Positions 29,901 to 41,021 are shown, counted from the stretch's first letter. The stretch is DNA of 64,000 nucleotides from IMGVR_UViG_3300049846_000628:124001-188000; one strand, 5' to 3'. Program-made: numbers and translations. Notes: generated from the letters alone by a model not told the origin.

Positions 29901-31507
29901 CAACCTGAAGAAGTGAGTATCGTTCTGTAAGAAAAAGTGCTAGATACCACTCTTTACCATAATCTTCTCTCACACCCCATTTTGCAACTTGAAAGATTTT
30001 CATAATCAACCAAATCCTTTTTTGTCTTTTTTATCCAGAACTTCAATATGACTCACAAAGTCTGATGGAGTGTTCCACCAAGACTCCTGCACATCCTGAT
30101 AGTTATCGTAAATCACTTCTTGCCCATTACTATAGACCAACTTGTAGATATGTCGGTCATACAGTTTGTCTGATGTTTGTTTGAATGTTTCAGTCACGCT
30201 GTCTCCAATCATCTGGTTTGTCTTCTGTCCACCAGTCTATCATATCATCTACACTTTCAAAACATCTTTTACCAAATCTTTCGTGACCCATTCCACCAAG
30301 ATCTAATTGGTTGAGAAAGTCATCCATCTCATCCATATCAGGATTTTCTGCTTTTCTCCTTGCCTGACGGAGTATTGTGGCGGCAGAGCGGTTTGATTTT
30401 GCAAGTTTTTCTGCCCAAATCATATCTTCTAAACTCACCTCTTCACCTTTTACAATCTTTTCGCAGATTGCTTCAAGACGCAGGCGATATTGTGTAGAGA
30501 GCATATGTATTACCAGATATAAGATTATTTATTTTGATATTCGTCCATTAACTCTTTTGCGAGTTTCATAGACCTACGCCATATCAAATACTTTACAATT
30601 GGATTTGCAGGGTTGTGAAGTATCCACCACTTTGTTTTTTCGTATTGAACTTGTGCAAGTTGAGACAGCATATAAAATGCCCTCGCTACTGATTGATCTG
30701 TAATAATCAGGTAAGCAATACAAAAAAATATAACAAAGTAAATGTATGATACACTCATTGTCTTAGAGTTTTGAGGTATTCTAGCACATTCTCACGCACT
30801 GCCATGAGTTCATTGTAACATTTCTGATTATGAGCACAATTGCGAAGCTCAGCATCAGGTTTCAATACACTCTCTTCAAACAAGGTCAAACCACGATTCC
30901 ACTTATCTACTTGGTCTTCTTGGGTCATCTTTGGTTACTCTAACAGGGCAAGAGGGGATAACTTTACGAATCTCCCGAACAATCTCAGTTTTTTGAGATT
31001 CGGTCAATCCGACAATTTTTGTGACGCGATGAATAATATTCAATGCATCGCTGCAGGAGATAATGGTTGATGCAAGTAGAACAACCATAGGTTTTTTCCT
31101 ATTCTTCTATTATTTAACTGTGTTTATAATTTTTTAATGAATGAATGCCTCTAGGGTAGCAGTTTTCTTTTTCTTTGAGGATTTAACCTCTTTTGCAATG
31201 TAAGACCTAGCAGAATTGTAATTGTTTGCAGTATGAACCTGCTGCCCGTTGTGAAGAATCATAAACTTTTTACCAAACGGAACAGCAGCCCACATACCAT
31301 CTTTAGTCACATAACCATTTGGATTGCCTGGTTTTGCATTCAAAATACCTTCGTTTTGAACGTTCATTTCATCACAGCGTTCACAGAAATGACCTTAGCA
31401 CTTGGATTGCGGGCGAGAGCAGTTTTCCTAGCATCCTGATAGTCCCGTGCTTCCACTTCCTCATAAAAGACCTTACCAGCGACGTAGAGTTGGACTTTGC
31501 AGCGCAT
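23977..31507 (-). other. Hyperplastic block of about 30 small hypothetical ORFs
   Basis: Abutting minus-strand ORFs, e.g. 24974-25189, 25186-25374, 25942-26175, 26172-26468, 26465-27034, 27205-27405, 27405-27623, 27620-27844, 27846-28046, 28043-28339, 28336-28593, 28908-29315, 29385-29747, 29722-30009, 30190-30504, 30525-30758, 31134-31367, 31364-31507. Confidence 0.75.
25458..25820 (-). CDS. Homing-endonuclease-derived protein lacking a nuclease motif
   Basis: C-terminal KITNSQKWMCLETGFITTSGALTRYQQKRNIDTSKR module typical of cyanophage HNH endonucleases; AT-rich. Confidence 0.55.
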   Translation of the reverse strand: MIDKHIDYVKVSQYLKEFYECDRILIDFLELEGKMVVHKHSFLPGGKIGGKTSYEKGVGFFALSTEELYNIRKNAGKQGSKITNSQKWMCLETGFITTSGALTRYQQKRNIDTSKRKRIS

Positions 31508-31547
31508 TGGATTTCTCCTTGTGTGTTTGGATATTGTAGCAGAAAAC

Positions 31548-32783
31548 TCAGCGTTTTACAACACTGATGGCGGGCTGACCCTGCTCGAACACGGTGTCCA
31601 CCACCGCCTGCACCTTTTTAGCGGTGCTGATGCCCACAGAAGAGTACACAGGGATGCAGACCAGTCCAAAGGACTTGGTGTAGTCTCCAAGGGCACCAGG
31701 GGCAATCCTGCCGCTCCTGAGCGCCTCTGCGTCGTCCTTGTGCAGGCGGATCACGCGCCCGATGGTCTGAGAGATCCCGATGTAGTCCATAGAGCGCATA
31801 AACAGCACCGCTTCCAGACCAGAAACGTTGATTCCCTCAGAGAGAATGCTGTGGTGAAGCACAACGAATTTCTTGTCGTTGTCCTTACCCCAGGCACTCA
31901 GGGTATCAAAGAAAACCTCACGGTTAACCTTCTGACCATCAATCACGGCACCAGTCTTAGAAGTAATATACATCCAAGAGAAACCACGATCCTCCAGTTG
32001 CTTGCAGAAATCAGTCTGGGAAACCAGATTCTGAATCTGTTTGGTTGCCTTGGAGCAAACAAGAACCTTGCCCACTTCCTGAGCATCAATAGTCTGAATC
32101 AGGTTCTCACAGTCAACATCAGCAACGATCTGACCCTTAGAGAGCATCTCAAACTGCTGCACCACAACCTTAGGAGGAACGATGAAACCACCCTCCACCA
32201 GTTCGGGAGCGGGAACGTTGCAGATGACCTGCCCGTAGACAGCACCATCGTTCATCCCAGGTTTGGAAATAGTAGCAGAATGCTTAGGAGTAGCAGTGAA
32301 GAAATAGCAGCGGTCAGCAGTAGCAGCAAAGTGCTCGGTTGCTGGAAAAAAGTTACGCTGAACCGAATTGTGCGCTTCATCAAAGTAAATGGTGTTGACG
32401 TGAATATCTGCCTGCTGAAGACGTTGCAGGGAGTTGTAGGTGGTAAAGATTAGTTTGTTGCCGCGAGTTTGATCGACCCAGTTACGGATCTCATTCGGGC
32501 GAGTCGTGCTTTGGTGATGCGTTTCACCACTGTGGACGTGCAGCACCTGAGCATTGGTGATAAACTCAAGATACTCAGAAGACAGTTGCTCGGCAAGCAG
32601 AATGCGGGGAGCAACAACTACAATCGTCTGAGGAGTCTCTTTCAGAAACTCACGCATTGCATCACAGATGCCCACAAGGGTCTTACCACCACCAGTAGGG
32701 ATAATCACTTGACCCTTCAGGTACTTAGCAAGGGCGTCAAGGGCACGTTGCTGGTGAGGTCGGAGTTGAATCACAGGTCCCAT
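31548..32783 (-). CDS. SF2 DEAD/DEAH-box (ResIII-like) helicase
   Basis: LRPHQ, PTGGGKT, DEAH, TATP, LSEGINV, QTIGRVIR. Confidence 0.92.
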   Translation of the reverse strand: MGPVIQLRPHQQRALDALAKYLKGQVIIPTGGGKTLVGICDAMREFLKETPQTIVVVAPRILLAEQLSSEYLEFITNAQVLHVHSGETHHQSTTRPNEIRNWVDQTRGNKLIFTTYNSLQRLQQADIHVNTIYFDEAHNSVQRNFFPATEHFAATADRCYFFTATPKHSATISKPGMNDGAVYGQVICNVPAPELVEGGFIVPPKVVVQQFEMLSKGQIVADVDCENLIQTIDAQEVGKVLVCSKATKQIQNLVSQTDFCKQLEDRGFSWMYITSKTGAVIDGQKVNREVFFDTLSAWGKDNDKKFVVLHHSILSEGINVSGLEAVLFMRSMDYIGISQTIGRVIRLHKDDAEALRSGRIAPGALGDYTKSFGLVCIPVYSSVGISTAKKVQAVVDTVFEQGQPAISVVKR

Positions 32784-32923
32784 CGCGTATGAAACTATTA
32801 TAGCAGAAAACCGCCCCTGGTGCGACCCAGTGGGCGGTTCTCAAAGTGTCCTATAGAAGCTCAGACTCCCATCTTCAACCCAGACAAAGGTAGTCTAGCA
32901 GTATTATGAGTATGAGTCAAGTG

Positions 32924-34642
32924 TTACCAGAAGCTATTCCAGTTTGTACCATCATATCCCTGGTGTCTATTTAAACTTGAGTTATAAATGACTGCTCCAG
33001 CTGTAATTCCTCCTGAGGTATAAGTATCTCTTTCTGCAGTTGTCATGATTGGTGGATAGAATGCCGAAGTAGTAATAGAACTTAAATCAAGTGCATCTGT
33101 AAGAGATAACGTTGATGAAGCTATTGATACTGCAGTAACACCAGCTACATTTACAGCTCCAGATCCATTTCCAAAATTATTCGCAGTAATTGTTGAACTG
33201 ACGCTAACGTTTGTTGCCGAAACTGTAGTTGCTGAAACCGTTGTTGCTGAAACTGTAGCAGCAGTAACAATACCACTTACTCTTAGATTTCCTAAGGAAC
33301 TAATACCAACACCATTTGATCCAGAATCTGGATTAGCACCAACCTGAAGATTATAAGTTGTTGGTAAACTGCTGGTAGATACTCCTAAAGTTCCAACTAG
33401 TTGAGAATTAAGTGAAAATGCTCCAGTAACTGAGAGTGTTCCACCAATATTCAAATTACCTGAGATTGTTGAAGAACCACCAACAAATGAATTTCCAGTT
33501 ACGGTAGATGTTCCAACAACGTGAAGTGTATTAGTTGGATTTGCCTGATTGATTCCTAATTTACCATCATAAGTCAGAGTCATTAATGATGTATTTGGAT
33601 TCTGCCCATAAATCCAATTGAAGTTTCCTGTACCTACACCAGCACTTCCATATTGTAGATAAGAGTTAATATTACCATCATCATAGTTTATGATATCAAG
33701 AGATTGATCTGTACTGTAATTGTAAGATAGGTTAGCATTTCCAAATCTTATTTTACCTAATCCCTTACCAGAACTATCAGATCTAGCTACGGAAACACTT
33801 GCTTCATTACTTGTACTTCTAATATGAATTGAAGATATTCCAGACTGTCTGATTTCTACTTGAGTAACTGGATTATCTGTTCCTAATCCAATTTTTCCAT
33901 TTACATTTATATTGTTCGTAACTGTTGCAACTCCAATGGAAGCACCAGATACAGAAATAAATGCAGTCGTTGTAATTCCACTCGCAGTGGAAGCAGTTCC
34001 AGTTAGATTACCAACAAATGATCCTGCAGTAACGATACCAGATACAACAATATTTGATGGGAGTCTTGCAGTATCTAATGTTCCTGTAATGATATTGCTA
34101 GCATTTAAAGCAGTGATGTTTCCACCATCACCAACAAAAGCATTTGCTGTAACAATACCAGTAATTTTAGCGTCACCAGTTGAATTAAATCCAACACCAG
34201 AAGCAGCGTCTGGATTTCCACCAATTTGGAAATAGTAGTAAGGATAGTTTGTTGCTACTCCAACAGCACCTGCGGCATAAATGCTTGTTATTCCTATTCC
34301 AGTATTAACATCAACCCATTGTGATGTTGGAATATTAATAAGACCAGATCCATCACCATAGAAAGTCGCTACACCAACTGATGATGTAATAATACCTGAA
34401 CTAATTCTAACTGTTCCATCAGTCAGAGAGACAAATGTTCCAATTCCAGTTACAAGTAAATTAGAGATTGTAGCACTTGATGCAGTAATAAGACCAACAA
34501 CCTTTGCCGTTCCTCTAATATCTAATAGTTCAGTTGGTGAGGAAGTTCCAACACCAACCAAACCATTTGAATTTACAATAAAATTATCATCATCAACCTG
34601 AACACCATTCCTAAGATTAAATGACTTTCTATAATTTGCCAT
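32924..34642 (-). CDS. Tail fibre-like virion protein
   Basis: Gly/Thr/Ser-rich beta repeats (VGVGTSSP, LGINQANP, SGIVTA), C-terminal GAVIYNSS..QGYDGTNW. Confidence 0.75.
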   Translation of the reverse strand: MANYRKSFNLRNGVQVDDDNFIVNSNGLVGVGTSSPTELLDIRGTAKVVGLITASSATISNLLVTGIGTFVSLTDGTVRISSGIITSSVGVATFYGDGSGLINIPTSQWVDVNTGIGITSIYAAGAVGVATNYPYYYFQIGGNPDAASGVGFNSTGDAKITGIVTANAFVGDGGNITALNASNIITGTLDTARLPSNIVVSGIVTAGSFVGNLTGTASTASGITTTAFISVSGASIGVATVTNNINVNGKIGLGTDNPVTQVEIRQSGISSIHIRSTSNEASVSVARSDSSGKGLGKIRFGNANLSYNYSTDQSLDIINYDDGNINSYLQYGSAGVGTGNFNWIYGQNPNTSLMTLTYDGKLGINQANPTNTLHVVGTSTVTGNSFVGGSSTISGNLNIGGTLSVTGAFSLNSQLVGTLGVSTSSLPTTYNLQVGANPDSGSNGVGISSLGNLRVSGIVTAATVSATTVSATTVSATNVSVSSTITANNFGNGSGAVNVAGVTAVSIASSTLSLTDALDLSSITTSAFYPPIMTTAERDTYTSGGITAGAVIYNSSLNRHQGYDGTNWNSFW

Positions 34643-34678
34643 TTGTAGCTGCTTTATTTGAAGTATTTATTTTTAAAA

Positions 34679-37600
34679 TCACGCATAACGAATAATGTAT
34701 CCAAGAGCAATATATGGAGGTAGGTTTGCATCAGTTCCAGAAACTCCCTTATCGGCGGTTGTGAAGGTATGTGTATGGTTTTGACTCTCTCCACCAGTTC
34801 CTCCACCGTGAGAGTGGGATCCTGCGTCATTACTTCTACCAGCATCTGGTCCATTTCCTGTACCTTTAAGGGCATATCTATAATCATTATTGTTATTGAG
34901 TATCGCAGTTCTTAATAAGAATGGAACCCCACCATTATCAACTAAATTAGTAAATCTATTTGTATCAGATCTTTCACCACTGTTAACAACAAGGTGGTTA
35001 TGGTTTCCATCTCCACTGATTCCGTGGTTATGTCCTCTATTATTACCATCAGTTGTTCCTGTATGGTTGTGAGAGACAACTACAGCATCCTTTGTACCAC
35101 CCGTTCTAGTTACAGCTCCTGTAACAGTTGTTCCACCGTTTGCACTTGATCCAATAATGAATCTATCAGTTAGATTTGGAAGGTTGAAGGTTGTTGATCC
35201 GTTTCCAGCACCAAAAGTTGTTCCGGTGATTGCAAATAGAGCACTAAATGTAGTTCTAGAAACAGCAGATCCATTACATAGTAACCATCCAGTTGGAACA
35301 CTGGTCACATTTCCAGCCCACATTACAACAGATCCAATTGGTGCAATGCTCTGAGAGAAAATTTGACCAATTGTAGCAATTCCAGAAATTGAAGCATTAT
35401 TTGAAACACTTAGATCTGTTGTAGTAGTAACACCAGTAACAATAGCACCAGTTGATGTTGTTTCAATTTTCTTAGAATTATTATGATAGAGTTCAGAAGA
35501 TCCATCTACACTAAACTTACTTAGTATTTCTCCACCTATTGATTCTAGAGTAATAGAACCACTGGTTGTTCTCAGGGAAAGGTTTCCAACAGCGTTATCA
35601 ACAAAGCTACCAGTACCATTAGTGTAGATTGATAGATTAACACTATCACCAAAGATTATCTTATTAGTTCCTTTGATGTTTACATTATTAAAGGCATTTG
35701 TTCCACCAAAAATATTGATAGAATCTGATGCTGTGTTAGTAAATCTTACTTTTCCACTAAAAGTAGATTGTGCTTTAATTCTAAGATCTTTGTTGAAGGT
35801 TACAGGACCATCAAACTGAGAAAGAACTTGTCCAGAATCACCACCCTCAACAAGAAGTCTTTCCTTAATTGTAACCTCATCATATACTACACTGAGTCTT
35901 GAAGGATCTTCACCAGTGATGGTTGGATTTGGAATATCGTAGGAAACAGTTTCTCCACTTGCTGCAGAAGTTTTTGTATTTCCATTGAATACATCACCAT
36001 CACTATTCATAGCAGTGTAGACAACAACACCACCAGAACGTTCCTGAGATTGTGCTAGGAAGTCCTCTCTTTCGGTGAGAGTCTTGACTTGAATCTGTGG
36101 TAAACCAGTTGAATAGTTACCAGGACCATATCCAAGATATTCAAATGTGTGTCCAGAAGCACGAAGAATAGATGGTCTACGGAATTCAATAGCGACTGGA
36201 TCAATCTTACGAATTAGTGATCCACCATCGTGATTTTCTTGACGTGTACCGAGAGCACCACGAATAACGCTAATCTGAGCAGCATTATCACTGGTCGTCA
36301 CTCTCATAATCTCATTATCAATTTGGATATAAGATCCAAGAGGCAATCTGTTTGATGTAGCACCTACACCAGCAATTGCGAATGTTGACTCAGTTGTAAT
36401 TGAAGCAGAGAGTGTAAATGTTTCACTAGCATAGAATGGAACAGATCTTGTCCCGATATTCTCTCCATTTGCATCAGAAATGCCCTGGTTTGCTGATAAA
36501 CCGTGCTTCAGGATATAACCGTTTGTTGCCGAAATTGATTGGTTGGTTATCGCACTGAATGTGTTTACGCCAACTCTTTCATAGACTAAGTAATCTCCAA
36601 GATTATTATTGCTAGAATCAATGACTCTAAACTGGTTACCAGCAACCAATCCGTGAGCATCTGATGTAGTAAATGTGGAAATTCCTGTTGCTGAACCGTA
36701 AGAAGTTCCAGTAATTAAAACTGAAGGTCCGACTAAGAATCCATACTGACTGCTGAGAATCGTTGGATCTCCAGAAGTCTTAGCAACTGAAATAGTTGTT
36801 GCAGATCCAACTGAAGTGATTCTGTAATATCCGTCAGCGGTTGTTCCAGCACCAGTAAATTGAATTACATCACCAATATTTGTAGAAATACCTGCATTGT
36901 TAATTGCAATAGATGCATCTGCAGTTCCACCAATCTTAGCAGTATCAAAGTACAGAGTCTCTCCGCTTACATATCCAGAACCACCTGCTTGAATATCAAC
37001 ACCAACAACAGATCCACCAGAAACTACAACCTTAGCAGTAGCACCATCCCAGTTTACAAGTCCTGCTTCATTATAAAGTTTAACATTGTAGAACGTTCCA
37101 TTTGTATGTCCAGTTCCACCAGTCAGTGAACTATATGTTGCGATTCCTGCAAGACCGTGATTTCTTCCAAAGGTGATCGTTGCAATTCCACTGTTAGATA
37201 CAACTGAAGATATTGTAAGACCAATACCAATATTCTTCAGCATCAAGTCGGATGCTTCTCTTGTAATACTCTTCTTCAGATCGTTTGTTATAACATCACC
37301 AATTGGAGAACGCTTCGCAAAGGACTTCGCAGCTCTTGGGTTTGCGTCTACATTATCTCTATCCAGCTGAGGATAAAGATCTACAGGTGACTGACTGAAC
37401 TTAAGATTTGTAAATTCTGATGGTATTGCATTGTTTGCATCAAGAACATATAGGTGGTAAATACCATCCTGAACATTATAAACATATGGAGAAATAATCT
37501 CATTTCTATAAACATACAGGTTACCCTGCATATCATTTCTTTCAAATCTTGGTAGATCAATGTCTCTAACATTTACATCACTAGTGAATGTTCCTGGAGT

Positions 37601-40366
37601 ATGTGCAACTCCAAAAACGTCAGTTGTAGAATACTTAAATGTTACATCATCAGAAACAGAAACCTGGAATACACCATTATATCCAAGATTATTCTCACCA
37701 GTTGTATTGGTTGTACTCTTAACACTCTTAATCGCTACAAGATCTCCAGTTTGAAGATTATGTGGGAGTTCAGAAATAACGGTTACTGTATTTGAAGCTA
37801 CAGAGCAAGTGCTAATGAATCTTGGATTCTTATTGTATCCATAATCAGTGGTCGCAATGCTTACTCTTGTGAAATCAGCATTATTTCTAGCACCAGTTGA
37901 ACTTGAAGTTTGAATAATAAATCCAGTCTCAGGATCTTTTGCGTTTACAAGTTCTTTTGGAATTACAACTCTCATCTTGTAGAGTTTTTCATCCAAACTT
38001 CTTTCGTCAGAAATTCTCTTTACATAGATAAGATCTGTTGTAGTTCCATAAGTTTCTGTTCCACCAGACGCAAATGCATTATAAATTTGGTTATTTGCAT
38101 TAGTGTGAATAAACCAGTTTGATCTAACTGGATCATATTGTACTGGTGATCCAATGTCTCCAGATTCTTTATCAGATACTCTGCTTAAAATGCTAAGGCT
38201 GGTTCCACCATAGACTGTAAGAGTCTGATTGGAGATTGAGTTAGTATATGAAGTAGCAAGTTTGATTTCAGTCGCACTAGTACGAACAGCATAATAGATA
38301 CGATGTGGTTCAATATTCTCTGGATAATCTCCATCATCACTTATGAGAATAACTCTTTCTCCAGTCTGAATCTTGTGATTTCCAAGAGTAAAGACACTAG
38401 ATGTTAATGAAGATACTGTGTATGACTTAATAGCACTAATTGTTCCAATCGCTGTTGTAAATCCACTGCTTGCGATAATATTATCGCACATATAGATATC
38501 AGCTGAGAATGTGCTTCCTGCACCAACAAAATATAGTTTATCATTTAATCTAGCACCAATTCTATATCCCTGTGTTTGAGAAGAAGGAGCACTATCTGAT
38601 GCTGTAAATCCAGCTATGTATAAATGACTTGAAATACCGACAGAAGTAGTAAGACCTACATCTAAAGATAACCATTCAATATTATCTTCATTAGTAGTAT
38701 TAACTGCTCTTGGAGGAATAACAGCAGTAATGAAGGCATTATTGTCCTTATCAAATGCCGCCTTTCTAAATCCTACAGAGTTTAGAGATATCTGACCAAA
38801 GTTGGAGTTGGAGTTGGTAATAGAAGCATCTCCACCACTTTCTGCATCAAAGTGTTTTGTAAATCCAATTGCAAACACCGAAACAATCTGAATGAATGCA
38901 TCATTACTGATCTTAATATGACTTGTTTCCCATCCAGATCTATAAACTGCATCTGGATCTAAGTGATAGACTTGATTTGAGTCTGTCTGTGAAGCACCTT
39001 CCGTAAGAGTGGATCCATAAACAGGAGTGATTGGGTTTACACCCTGATAAGTTCTAGATGTCTTGTTATATTTTACAAACGCACGGTCGTCTTTTTGTAG
39101 TGAAACAGCAGTAAACTGTGCAACAACGGTACTTCTAAATCCAGATGCTTTACTACCATCGGCGTGAAGACCGTTCATACCCCAAACGGAGCGCATAGAA
39201 ATATTGAAAATGTATGGCGATGCGCCAGACACTGTATCAGTTTCAATTGTTACTGTCGCAGATGCAGCACTTGGGCTTGGATTGATATTTGGATAAGATG
39301 CTAATCCAGGCAGCAAGTAGGTAAATGATGTATCGCTAAGTACATTCTGAACCTTTGTTGAAATATTATATGGTGCTGTTACACCAGATCCACTAACTCC
39401 TCTGATCTTAATTGGAGTTCCTGCATTTAATCCGTGATTTGCTGAAGTTGTTACCGTTACAACTGCACTTGCAGTGCTTCCATTTCCAGAAATGATGGAA
39501 GAAATTGTAATAGGATCTGGAGCAAAAGCACCAACAATTTCCCATTCTGAACGTTGCTTTGCAAATCCTTCCCCATCAACAGGGAACTTCTGGTCTATAT
39601 CACGAATCGCATTATATGCGTTAGAGACCTTGCTATAGTACATATCAAGATCAGTAATTCCATAATTACCAATCTTGTTTACACCATCACAGAATTCAAA
39701 ACAAGTGAGTTTGTGGTGTGAGAATGATGGAATTGATTGATATGTAGTTCCGAAGTTATCAGGGTTTGTATAAACAAGACCATTATCATCACCATCAAAA
39801 ATTGAGAACTGCCAGAAATAGCAAGCACCAGTAATTCTGAAGATAGCAGACTTGCTAACAGAAGAATCTGTTGGATTTGGTACGTACTTTGGTCTGATTT
39901 TTGTCTTACGAAGGTCAAGACCAACAATAGAAGTTCCTCTTGGAACTACAACACCACCATAATAACTGTTAAACTTATAAAGAATATTGTCTTCTTGTGT
40001 TAGGTCAAAAACAGAATCAAGACCTAACGATAATACTGAGGATGCTAAAACACCAGCGCCGCCTGCTCTGGAAACTGCATAAGCAGATCCACCATTATCA
40101 TAGATCGCAAATCCAGGTCTATTATCAACTAAGTGCTCTCCAGGGAATAACAGAATTGTAGTTTTTTCTACTAAATCGTTATTATCACCCTTAACGTAAG
40201 AGAACCTCGCTGCTTCTATAAGAGCTCTCTGAATCGTTTTGAACGGACGGGCAAGGGAATTTCCCTGATTTGTAATTGAGTCGGTAGCATCTAGATCATT
40301 GGGATTTACATATAGAATGCGACCCTCAGTGTTCTTAATAAAATTATCTAATTTGTTTAATGGCAA
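34679..40366 (-). CDS. Large virion structural/fibre protein with tail-collar domain (TTG start)
   Basis: 1895 aa; PIGSVVMWAG..PTGWLLCNG..FNLPNL collar motif, HxH repeats, NLPPYIALGYIIR end. Confidence 0.85.
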   Translation of the reverse strand: MPLNKLDNFIKNTEGRILYVNPNDLDATDSITNQGNSLARPFKTIQRALIEAARFSYVKGDNNDLVEKTTILLFPGEHLVDNRPGFAIYDNGGSAYAVSRAGGAGVLASSVLSLGLDSVFDLTQEDNILYKFNSYYGGVVVPRGTSIVGLDLRKTKIRPKYVPNPTDSSVSKSAIFRITGACYFWQFSIFDGDDNGLVYTNPDNFGTTYQSIPSFSHHKLTCFEFCDGVNKIGNYGITDLDMYYSKVSNAYNAIRDIDQKFPVDGEGFAKQRSEWEIVGAFAPDPITISSIISGNGSTASAVVTVTTSANHGLNAGTPIKIRGVSGSGVTAPYNISTKVQNVLSDTSFTYLLPGLASYPNINPSPSAASATVTIETDTVSGASPYIFNISMRSVWGMNGLHADGSKASGFRSTVVAQFTAVSLQKDDRAFVKYNKTSRTYQGVNPITPVYGSTLTEGASQTDSNQVYHLDPDAVYRSGWETSHIKISNDAFIQIVSVFAIGFTKHFDAESGGDASITNSNSNFGQISLNSVGFRKAAFDKDNNAFITAVIPPRAVNTTNEDNIEWLSLDVGLTTSVGISSHLYIAGFTASDSAPSSQTQGYRIGARLNDKLYFVGAGSTFSADIYMCDNIIASSGFTTAIGTISAIKSYTVSSLTSSVFTLGNHKIQTGERVILISDDGDYPENIEPHRIYYAVRTSATEIKLATSYTNSISNQTLTVYGGTSLSILSRVSDKESGDIGSPVQYDPVRSNWFIHTNANNQIYNAFASGGTETYGTTTDLIYVKRISDERSLDEKLYKMRVVIPKELVNAKDPETGFIIQTSSSTGARNNADFTRVSIATTDYGYNKNPRFISTCSVASNTVTVISELPHNLQTGDLVAIKSVKSTTNTTGENNLGYNGVFQVSVSDDVTFKYSTTDVFGVAHTPGTFTSDVNVRDIDLPRFERNDMQGNLYVYRNEIISPYVYNVQDGIYHLYVLDANNAIPSEFTNLKFSQSPVDLYPQLDRDNVDANPRAAKSFAKRSPIGDVITNDLKKSITREASDLMLKNIGIGLTISSVVSNSGIATITFGRNHGLAGIATYSSLTGGTGHTNGTFYNVKLYNEAGLVNWDGATAKVVVSGGSVVGVDIQAGGSGYVSGETLYFDTAKIGGTADASIAINNAGISTNIGDVIQFTGAGTTADGYYRITSVGSATTISVAKTSGDPTILSSQYGFLVGPSVLITGTSYGSATGISTFTTSDAHGLVAGNQFRVIDSSNNNLGDYLVYERVGVNTFSAITNQSISATNGYILKHGLSANQGISDANGENIGTRSVPFYASETFTLSASITTESTFAIAGVGATSNRLPLGSYIQIDNEIMRVTTSDNAAQISVIRGALGTRQENHDGGSLIRKIDPVAIEFRRPSILRASGHTFEYLGYGPGNYSTGLPQIQVKTLTEREDFLAQSQERSGGVVVYTAMNSDGDVFNGNTKTSAASGETVSYDIPNPTITGEDPSRLSVVYDEVTIKERLLVEGGDSGQVLSQFDGPVTFNKDLRIKAQSTFSGKVRFTNTASDSINIFGGTNAFNNVNIKGTNKIIFGDSVNLSIYTNGTGSFVDNAVGNLSLRTTSGSITLESIGGEILSKFSVDGSSELYHNNSKKIETTSTGAIVTGVTTTTDLSVSNNASISGIATIGQIFSQSIAPIGSVVMWAGNVTSVPTGWLLCNGSAVSRTTFSALFAITGTTFGAGNGSTTFNLPNLTDRFIIGSSANGGTTVTGAVTRTGGTKDAVVVSHNHTGTTDGNNRGHNHGISGDGNHNHLVVNSGERSDTNRFTNLVDNGGVPFLLRTAILNNNNDYRYALKGTGNGPDAGRSNDAGSHSHGGGTGGESQNHTHTFTTADKGVSGTDANLPPYIALGYIIRYA

Positions 40367-40388
40367 TTTTCCGCACCAATTACTACTT

Positions 40389-40928
40389 CTATGCTTTATT
40401 TATTATTCTTCCCAATTTATAATCTTTACCCGGACACTCTTTTGAAAACTTACATTCTACTCCATTATTCCACCATTTTTTGCCCCAAGAAGGATTCTTT
40501 TCCTTTGACATAATACCCACCATAACAGCACTCACACTCTCCCTCCATTTATCACTTGCCTTTCTTTTCTTTGCTGCTTTACTCAATGCTTTTCTATGTG
40601 CCTCACTTTTCTTTCTGCCTTTATGTGCCTCACTTAACTTCCTTTTAGTTTCCTCACTCAAAACCCTACCGGCACATCCTTCACCACCATCAGTCATATT
40701 TCTCAAAATACCTGTACCTAAATCTTTTCTACCAAGCACGGCAATCATATAAACCTCGTGCTTTCGTGCTTCTTCGTCTGTAAGGTTTTGCTTTAAGAAT
40801 ATTCTTCTATCTTCTTCTGGGGGCAGATGTATTGCGTGCAGTTTATTGTTAATTCTACCTGCCTTTCCCTTACCAATGTAGTATGGAGTTCCATCTTCAC
40901 GCAAGTAAGCGTAAGTATAATAATTCAT
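40389..40928 (-). CDS. GIY-YIG homing endonuclease with NUMOD3-like repeats
   Basis: YYTYAYLREDGTPYYIGKG; SEETKRKLSEAHKG repeats. Confidence 0.9.
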   Translation of the reverse strand: MNYYTYAYLREDGTPYYIGKGKAGRINNKLHAIHLPPEEDRRIFLKQNLTDEEARKHEVYMIAVLGRKDLGTGILRNMTDGGEGCAGRVLSEETKRKLSEAHKGRKKSEAHRKALSKAAKKRKASDKWRESVSAVMVGIMSKEKNPSWGKKWWNNGVECKFSKECPGKDYKLGRIINKA

Positions 40929-41021
40929 TCTGCTTTAATCGTGGTTATGAATATTTATATGAGAAAAGGAGCATTTCTGCTCCTACTCTTTGCTTAAACA
41001 ACCACGATTAAGCACTAATAT

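Larger units (their letters stand above)
7118..32853. repeat. Dispersed 24-bp palindromic promoter element, about 19 copies
   Basis: Copies start at 7118, 7379, 7894, 8165, 8371, 8731, 9608, 10198, 11167, 11915, 12447, 12675, 15872, 16478, 17483, 18115, 25436, 29373, 32830; each 30-32 bp (28 for the last) from a minus-strand TAnnnT-like box. Confidence 0.9.

Noticed and set aside
31497-32792. Plus-strand ORFs 31497-32453 and 32469-32792
   Set aside because: Shadows of the helicase gene caused by codon bias
32924-40366. Diversity-generating retroelement acting on fibre genes
   Set aside because: No reverse transcriptase and no template/variable repeat pair seen in this window
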